A stretch of DNA of 5,125 nucleotides. It comes from Tubiluchus corallicola (Eukaryota > Animalia > Priapulida). Made by a program: the position numbers and the translations under genes. Every line of letters begins with the position of its first letter. Position 1 is the first letter of the stretch. Shown here piece after piece: positions 1-5,125 of this stretch. Location: contig JAQGDQ010002266.1 of NCBI GenBank assembly GCA_030141605.1, positions 1 through 5,125 on the forward strand, written 5' to 3'. The notes under the pieces were generated by a model. It did not search any database. It was not told the origin of the DNA and saw only the letters and a program-made list of their open reading frames with translations.

Positions 1-54
1 ATATGACAGTAACTAATATATTATAATATTATAATAATTTATAATATTTATATA

Positions 55-150
55 CTACGGGTTCCCGTCTGATCACTGAAGTTAAACAACGTAGAGCCTG
101 GTTAGTACTTGGATGGGTGACCGCCTAGGAATACCAGGTGCTGTAGACTT
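55..150 (+). pseudogene. 5S rRNA-derived segment (SINE head / 5S pseudogene), missing about 20 nt near its 5' end
   Basis: 61-150 (GTTCCCGTCTGATCACTGAAGTTAAACAACGTAGAGCCTGGTTAGTACTTGGATGGGTGACCGCCTAGGAATACCAGGTGCTGTAGACTT) closely follows metazoan 5S rRNA from about position 30 to its 3' end. CTACGG (55-60) matches the 5S 5' end and can pair with CTGTAG (141-146). There is no oligo-T terminator after 150, so this is not a canonical 5S gene. Confidence 0.93.
80..120 (+). promoter_or_regulatory. Pol III type-1 internal control region (A box and C box) of the 5S-derived head
   Basis: A-box-like AGTTAAACAAC at 80-90 and C-box-like TGGATGGGTGA at 110-120, at 5S-like spacing. Confidence 0.75.
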
Positions 151-1363
151 GCGGGATGCCCACACTGTATCTCGACACTAGGCGAGGAGCTGCACAAGCA
201 GCCAACGGCTAGAGGGCGGAGGAGGTCAAGTGACCAAATGGCCATGTATAGAGGAGTAAACCTTCCAAATCAGGAGTGTAGCCCCGAAGACGGACCAGTG
301 CAGCATGCTCACTGACTCCGGCAGCTCCTGCAGCCAACCTGGTGCCAAACGTATCACTCGGCTTTCCTTTGGACTACACCAAGGAGGAAGAGAGGGGGTT
401 CCTGTTGTTTGGGCAACTCAGGATCTCCATACACTTTGCCCAGGTGTGCGCCCTGGAGACTCCAGTGGTTCAAGGATCGGACTGCTCAGCCACAGTCGAC
501 GCTGCATCTCCATCAGTGTGATCAATAACTGGCTCTCTTGGAGCACACTCACTTGTCTTCCGAGACAGAAGGATGCCGACAACAACAATAATAATTTATA
601 TTAATATTATAAATAAGAGTTGTGGGGCAACAAATGCCTTGCCATAGTCACTGATCATAATGTTTACATCACAGTGGCTATAGAACCTGTTGTGATATTT
701 GGTTTGTTTGACAATGTCTCTGCCTGATGTGAACCTACCTTATTTTTTGCTCACCAATCAGAAATTAAGAAGTTCGAAATGCAGTATAAATGCAGTATGC
801 ACAGTAAGAAATATAAATAGTAATGTAAATTATAGGAAAGTAATGATGTAATGTAATATCTATTTCCACTTCAAAAAAATATTTAAAAAAATTATTCAAA
901 AAACACTCAATTTCTGCACAATACACATAATAAATAGTATTTCGTTTGCCTGTCCGGATTAAAGAGTACCTTGTGCATTCTGACAAAGGGGTGGAAAGTG
1001 TTGGACAAACAAAAGACCGGAAGTATTAGTGGTTAGAGGAAGTTAATGGGAGAACAGGTAGGATGGGTTAGTAGGTAAAGGCAAAATCGAACAAGTTTTT
1101 CAACAGGATTTTAATGAATTGATTAATTAGCAACAAGATTTTAATTTACATGTTAGTACAAAAGAAATGTGTGTTTTAATTTCTTCTCTGAAATTGCTGA
1201 AGATGACAGTGTAAACAAAAGCTTGTCAATTCGCGTAAGGTGGAATGAAAATTAGTAACCATAACACTAAACTGATCACATTACATTAGTGCAGTGGAGT
1301 ATTTTTAAAATACCCATTTTATTATGTGTATCTATGGGGGCATTTATGTGGTTTGGTGACGTG

Positions 1364-2050
1364 ATATAGGTTTTACATGTCAAATGTAGACCTGCGTTAA
1401 CTCAAATGTAGATTTAGGTAGTTCAAATGTGTTAACAATGGTTTTCAACAAATCTTAAGCGTTTTTGGTAAGTCAAATGTAGACACATGTCAAGTCAAAT
1501 GTCCTGTGTCTACATTTGACTTACCTAAGTCACATTTGAGTTACCAAAACACATTCGAATTCCTATGTCTATATTTGACTTACCTAAGTCACATTTGAGT
1601 TACCAAAACACATTCGAATTCCTATGTCTACATTTGACTTACCTAAGTCACATTTGAGTTACCAAAACACATTCGAATTCCTATGTCTACATTTGACTTA
1701 CCTAAGTCACATTTGAGTTACCAAAACACATTCGAATTCCTATGTCTACATTTGACTTACCTAAGTCACATTTGAGTTACCAAAGCACATTCGAATTCCT
1801 ATGTCTACATTTGGCTTACCTAAGTCACATTTGAGTTACCAAAATACATTCGAAATTCCTATGTCTACATTTGACTTACCTAAGTCACATTTGAGTTACC
1901 AAAACACATTCGAATTCCTATGTCTACATTTGACTTACCTAAGTCACATTTGAGTTACCAAAGCACATTCGAATTCCTGTGTCTACATTTGACTTACCTA
2001 AGTCACATTTGAACTTTCCTGTGTCTACATTTGACGTGTAAAACCTATAT
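1364..2050. mobile_element. Foldback/MITE-like non-autonomous DNA transposon with terminal inverted repeats and internal tandem repeats
   Basis: ATATAGGTTTTACATGTCAAATGTAGAC (1364-1391) is the reverse complement of GTCTACATTTGACGTGTAAAACCTATAT (2023-2050) at 27/28 positions. The outer bases could be a TA, AT, TATA or ATAT target duplication, so exact ends and superfamily are ambiguous. The left arm has five TCAAATGT motifs (1380, 1402, 1423, 1473, 1495); the right arm has the motif inverted (ACATTTGA). Confidence 0.85.
1502..2012. repeat. 59-bp tandem repeat (minisatellite), 8 full copies plus a partial ninth
   Basis: Unit TCCTATGTCTACATTTGACTTACCTAAGTCACATTTGAGTTACCAAAACACATTCGAAT starts at 1502, 1561, 1620, 1679, 1738, 1797, 1857, 1916 and 1975 (partial). 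Units differ from consensus by 0-3 nt and there are no unique spacers. Confidence 0.98.
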
Positions 2051-2426
2051 AATCAGCCCCGGCACTACCATTAAGACAAACTAGGCAGTTGCCCACGAGG
2101 GCAAAATTTTTGGGACGCCAAATTTTGGAAGTCATTCTTTAATTTTTAAGTTTAGCGCAAGTAATAGCATATAGCATAAGTGTAATTGTTTAAGTGCATA
2201 ACACACGCTTGTAGTTTCTATTGTATGGAGCAGCAGAGTTTTTTTATATATTATATATTAATTCTTTATTTGTCATTAAAATGGTTCACTCATTATAATA
2301 AAATTGAGTAATCCTCAGCGTAATGTTAAAATAACAACACTGTTCAAGACAAATGAGTTATGTACGTGCTTACAGCAATAACCTTTCTGCTAAAGTAAAA
2401 TTTCTTACAACAGCATTTATCTAATT

Positions 2427-2597
2427 ATGGCAGATAAAACTATAAGACTTAAAGTCTTCGAGAGCGGAATACACGAAACAGTAAAAGTAAAAATGCGGAC
2501 CAGTGGCGACAATAAACAGCAAAATGATTCGCTAATGAACTATATGCAAACAGACCAGAGTTATGGTTGTGAAATGGTGAAGATAGTAAAATGGATG
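2427..2597 (+). pseudogene. Possible decayed N-terminal fragment of a hAT (Tip100/ZMYM1-like) transposase
   Basis: The ORF starts about 370 bp inside the left hAT end. The peptide FESGIHETVKVKMRTSGDNKQQNDSLMNYM loosely resembles the recalled ESG-basic-Q-SL-Y/F N-terminus of such transposases. It is cut by the LTR insertion at 2598, and the rejoined frame stops after two more codons (TAT AAG TGA, 3926-3934). Confidence 0.35.
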
Positions 2598-2802
2598 TGT
2601 GAAAGTCATTTTTGAAGTTGTTGTTCAGTCACTTTGTTATGATTGAGTTTAGGCAGAGAGAAGTGTGAATAGGAACCAAAAATCTATAATAAATATTTGC
2701 ACTGCACACAACAGAAAAGTGTTTATTGAACTACAGAAAACATGAGTAGCACTGAACATTGAGCAAAAACACTCGGTAAAACCTGTTTCACAGCCAGGAT
2801 AC
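2598..2802 (-). repeat. Partial LTR (about half of the full LTR)
   Basis: Near-identical to 3499-~3728 apart from a few substitutions and two short deletions. Similarity stops after TTTCACAGCCAG.ATAC at about 2802. Confidence 0.9.
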
Positions 2803-2841
2803 CACATATAGTTCCAGGGACCGATGATGATCGTGAAAAGG

Positions 2842-3141
2842 TCAAAGGTTAAGTGTACCAGACAACGCATTTGTGTACACTTAACAACGCGTCGCAACCC
2901 AAGCTGTTGTAATAGTGACAGTTTTAACAGCTAGCTAGAACCTTACCTAGTTCACTTTTTCTTGTTCCCAAGTAAGATCCTGCTAGTAAATCACTCTACA
3001 TACAGACTAATACATCATTAAGAAAATTGCACGTAAAACAATTGAATTTACTAAACTGATGCAGCAGACGGCTTAACTTTACCCACACGTCACATGACGA
3101 TTGTAGTTAAGACGCATTGCTGTGGTACGCTTAACCTTTGA
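2842..3141. repeat. 19-bp inverted repeat pair enclosing about 260 bp
   Basis: TCAAAGGTTAAGTGTACCA (2842-2860) and TGGTACGCTTAACCTTTGA (3123-3141) are complementary at 18/19 positions. Confidence 0.8.
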
Positions 3142-3482
3142 ACAACAGCAAATGCGCATGCGCACAACGAAACTGTGAAAAGACAATAGTTAATCACTCT
3201 ATGCACCGACTAATGCATATTTAAGTAAAGTCCGGGTAAAACAACTAAAGTAAACTGTTCCCACCATGAGGGTGCCACCACACCTTACCTGTCTGTAAAT
3301 CTAAATATGTTTTAGTCTGCTCTCGCGCCATGTTTGATTACCTTTGTATCACCTCTAATACTATCACCGTTTGGTAAAGTTTTTCTCAGCATTTATAATA
3401 ACTATGTGCACCTCAAACTTCTAGTGTGTCGTTAAAGACTTTTTAGAAGTATATTGTTCAAGAACTTCAGGATGCGGCAAAC

Positions 3483-3497
3483 AGCTCTGCTTTACAT
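3483..3497 (-). other. Degenerate primer-binding-site-like sequence (initiator tRNA-Met type)
   Basis: The minus strand just inside the LTR reads CA-TGTAAAGCAGAGC, compared with TGGTAGCAGAG expected for animal tRNA-iMet priming. AGCAGAG matches but the canonical TGG is absent. Confidence 0.35.
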
Positions 3498-3498
3498 G

Positions 3499-3920
3499 TG
3501 TGAAAGTCAGTTTTGAAGTTGTTGTTCAGTCACTTTGTTATGATTGAGTTTAGGCACAGAGAAGTATGAATAGGAACCAAAAATCTATAATAAATATTTG
3601 CACTGCACACAACAGAAAAGTGTTTATTGAACTACAGAAAACACGAGTAGCAAAACTGCTGCACTGAACATTGAGCAAAAACTAGAAAGAAAAAACAGTC
3701 AGTAAAACCTGTTTCACAGCCAGTATACAGGTGTAGAATTTGACCAATGCAGAGTTGCACGGGCTTCAAAACAACCATTAATTTTAGATGGGAGAGAGCC
3801 AGTGTGTATGTAGTTACTGGACCGTACAATTATACTGAAGGTAAGACAGCTGGTAGAATGTAACAGGATTAGCACATAGATGGCAGCACCTAATTACAAT
3901 GTACAATTCCAACTTCCACA
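3499..3920 (-). repeat. Full-length LTR (422 bp), putative 5' LTR on the minus strand
   Basis: TG...CA ends. On the minus strand there is TATAA (3834-3830) followed by AATAAA (3628-3623). Collinear with 4647-5051 over its full length. Confidence 0.85.
3877..3889 (+). promoter_or_regulatory. CTCF-like motif in the LTR (second copy at 5007-5019)
   Basis: TAGATGGCAGCAC resembles the CTCF core consensus (AGRKGGCRS) and is identical in both full-length LTRs. Confidence 0.4.
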
Positions 3921-4646
3921 GGATGTATAAGTGAAAAAAGAGGAGATAATTTCAAACATTTTTTGGTGAAAATTTAAGGAAAATCAAGACAAGAATAGAA
4001 GAGATTGCAGAAATTTGCTTGGTCCTGGAAACGCAGGACGTGCAATGGCATAAATTTAATTTCAAATTCAGTTAACAGTAGCTGTAGATAAGTGATTGAC
4101 TAAACTTAATTAGTACTGTATAAGCCTAACATGTATGTACCATTATGGTTTATTATAATATTATACAAGAAAAATTCTATTTTGGAGGTGTGAGGAGGAC
4201 CGTGGGGAAGGAGTTGACCCCTGAGGGCGGCGCTAAAATACTTTTGTTTAGGGCGTCAAACTACCTAGAGCCGGCCCCGGATATGTCAGTGACGTAATGC
4301 GTTTGTGATACCATAGTAACAAACCATACCTGTTTATGAACGTTTCCACAGCTAACTAGCACGAACTGCAATTAAGAGAGCTGTTCAGATTTTCACGATT
4401 TTCTTTTACCTTTTTACAAGACATTCGCGTTTTCTTAATAAAAGTGCGATGGACAGGCAGCGAGTCAAAATTCAACTTCAACTTTTTGTTATGACTTTCA
4501 TGCGTAACAGTAGAAGTGCAAATGCACAAACTGCTCTTCCATCAAGCCACCTGAACTGGAGTGCAGCCGAGGAATTTTTTCCAGATACATTAGATATGGC
4601 GACTATAAAATAGTTGTCTGCAGTGATAAAAACTTTGATTACATAA

Positions 4647-5051
4647 TGTGAAAGTCATGTTTGAAGTTGTAGATCACTCACTTGTAGAACAAGAATAAAA
4701 AATCTAGAATACATATGTGCACTGCTCAAAACAGAAAAGTGTTTATTAAACTAAAGACACATGAATAGCATGACTGCTGCACTGAACACTGAGAATAAGA
4801 GAGTCCTGCACTAAACACTGAGAGTTAGAGTGACTAGAAAGTAAAACCAGTCAGTATATATAGGTATAGGTGTCCTATGAAGACTTGCACAGGCTTCACA
4901 AAAACCATTACTTTAAAATAGGGAGAGGACCAGTGTGTATGCATTCACTGGACCGTACAATTATACTGGGGGTAAGTAGCTGGTAGAATGTAACAGGATT
5001 AGTTCATAGATGGCAGCACCTAATTAAAATGTACAATTACACCTTCCCACA
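4647..5051 (-). mobile_element. Diverged solo LTR of the same family
   Basis: Starts TGTGAAAGTCA and ends CTTCCCACA. It shares long blocks with 3499-3920 (ACAGAAAAGTGTTTATT; CTGGACCGTACAATTATACTG; AGCTGGTAGAATGTAACAGGATTAG; CATAGATGGCAGCACCTAATTA). The TSD is imperfect (CATAA on the left; CACAT, or CATAT if the end is 5053). Confidence 0.8.
4777..4831. repeat. Short imperfect tandem duplication (period about 29 bp) private to the solo LTR
   Basis: CTGCACTGAACACTGAGA at 4777 and CTGCACTAAACACTGAGA at 4806. Only one copy is present in the 3499-3920 LTR. Confidence 0.8.
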
Positions 5052-5125
5052 CACATATATGGGAAGGCTAATATCAAAATTATTTGATTACAGGGTTAAG
5101 GGGATTGGTAGTTTCATTGATGTGG

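Larger units (their letters stand above)
55..594 (+). mobile_element. 5S-derived SINE (SINE3-type) with a probable RTE-LINE-related body and 3' tail
   Basis: A GC-rich island of about 540 bp with sharp borders in very AT-rich flanks. The 5S head is fused directly to a non-5S body, with no run of 4 or more T inside (the first is at about 743). The 3' end has a hairpin TGTCT-tccg-AGACA (554-567), then GAAGGATGCC, then a CAACAACAATAATAAT tail, recalled as typical of RTE-clade 3' ends. ATAATAATTTATA occurs at 31-43 and 588-600, a weak TSD candidate in low-complexity sequence. Confidence 0.82.
2598..3920 (-). mobile_element. Non-coding, internally deleted LTR retroelement (one full and one partial LTR)
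   Basis: Exact 5-bp TSD GGATG at 2593-2597 and 3921-3925. Termini TGTGAAAGT...ACTTCCACA are TG..CA and form an 8/9 inverted repeat. Direct repeats lie at 2598-~2802 and 3499-~3728. The minus strand is inferred from a minus-strand AATAAA conserved in all three LTR copies and a degenerate PBS-like sequence. Confidence 0.82.
2054..4279 (+). mobile_element. Non-autonomous or decayed hAT-like DNA transposon (CAGGGCCGGC-type termini), interrupted by an LTR element
   Basis: Left end CAGCCCCGGCACTA (2054-2067) matches the reverse complement of the right end TAGAGCCGGCCCCG (4266-4279) at 10/14. Both resemble the CAGGGCCGGCTCTA terminus recalled from animal hAT elements. GC-rich subterminal GGGC-AAA-type motifs occur at both ends (about 2080-2127 and 4224-4260). 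No clean 8-bp TSD in the present sequence. Confidence 0.72.

Noticed and set aside
55-150. Functional 5S rRNA gene
   Set aside because: About 20 nt are missing near the 5' end, there is no oligo-T terminator, and the segment is fused to a SINE-like body.
305-604. 99-aa ORF
   Set aside because: It lies in the GC-rich SINE body, the poly-Asn end is just the (CAA/TAA)n tail, and no domain is recognisable.
765-986. 73-aa minus-strand ORF
   Set aside because: It has a non-ATG start and an Ile/Tyr/Phe-rich composition typical of chance ORFs in AT-rich DNA.
1502-2012. CRISPR array
   Set aside because: Units are head-to-tail and near-identical over their whole length, with no unique spacers and no cas genes. 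The context is eukaryotic.
2598-2791. Shorter LTR definition TGTGAAA...TTTCACA
   Set aside because: Homology between copies continues past TTTCACA. The TSD and the third copy place the true end at 3920.
2824-2830. C/D snoRNA C box (ATGATGA)
   Set aside because: There is no CTGA D box or terminal stem at a typical distance; the nearest CTGA is more than 220 nt away.
2649-2897. 82-aa minus-strand ORF and its apparent paralogue at 3632-3829
   Set aside because: The shared GCETGFT peptide only reflects the duplicated LTR DNA. The frames diverge through indels and the ORF crosses the LTR boundary.
4307-4320. RFX X-box-like motif GATACCATAGTAAC and nearby TGACGT sites
   Set aside because: These are short motifs with no associated gene in the window and cannot be distinguished from chance or TE-internal sequence.

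Overview
This window looks like eukaryotic (probably invertebrate) non-genic DNA made almost entirely of juxtaposed and nested mobile elements. No intact protein-coding gene and no prokaryotic system (CRISPR or similar) is supported. From left to right: (1) a 5S-rRNA-headed SINE (about 55-594) with a structured GC-rich body and an RTE-like hairpin plus (CAA)n tail; (2) a foldback/MITE-like element (about 1364-2050) with 28-bp terminal inverted repeats and an internal, highly homogeneous 59-bp tandem array built from its own terminal motif; (3) immediately next to it, a non-autonomous hAT-like DNA transposon (2054-4279) with a possible transposase N-terminal remnant; (4) inside the hAT element, a non-coding LTR retroelement (2598-3920) with an exact GGATG target-site duplication, probably on the minus strand, whose interior carries inverted repeats and possible mini-exons; (5) a more diverged solo LTR of the same family (4647-~5051). 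Repeat boundaries are read directly from the sequence. Family assignments come from recalled motifs and need database confirmation.
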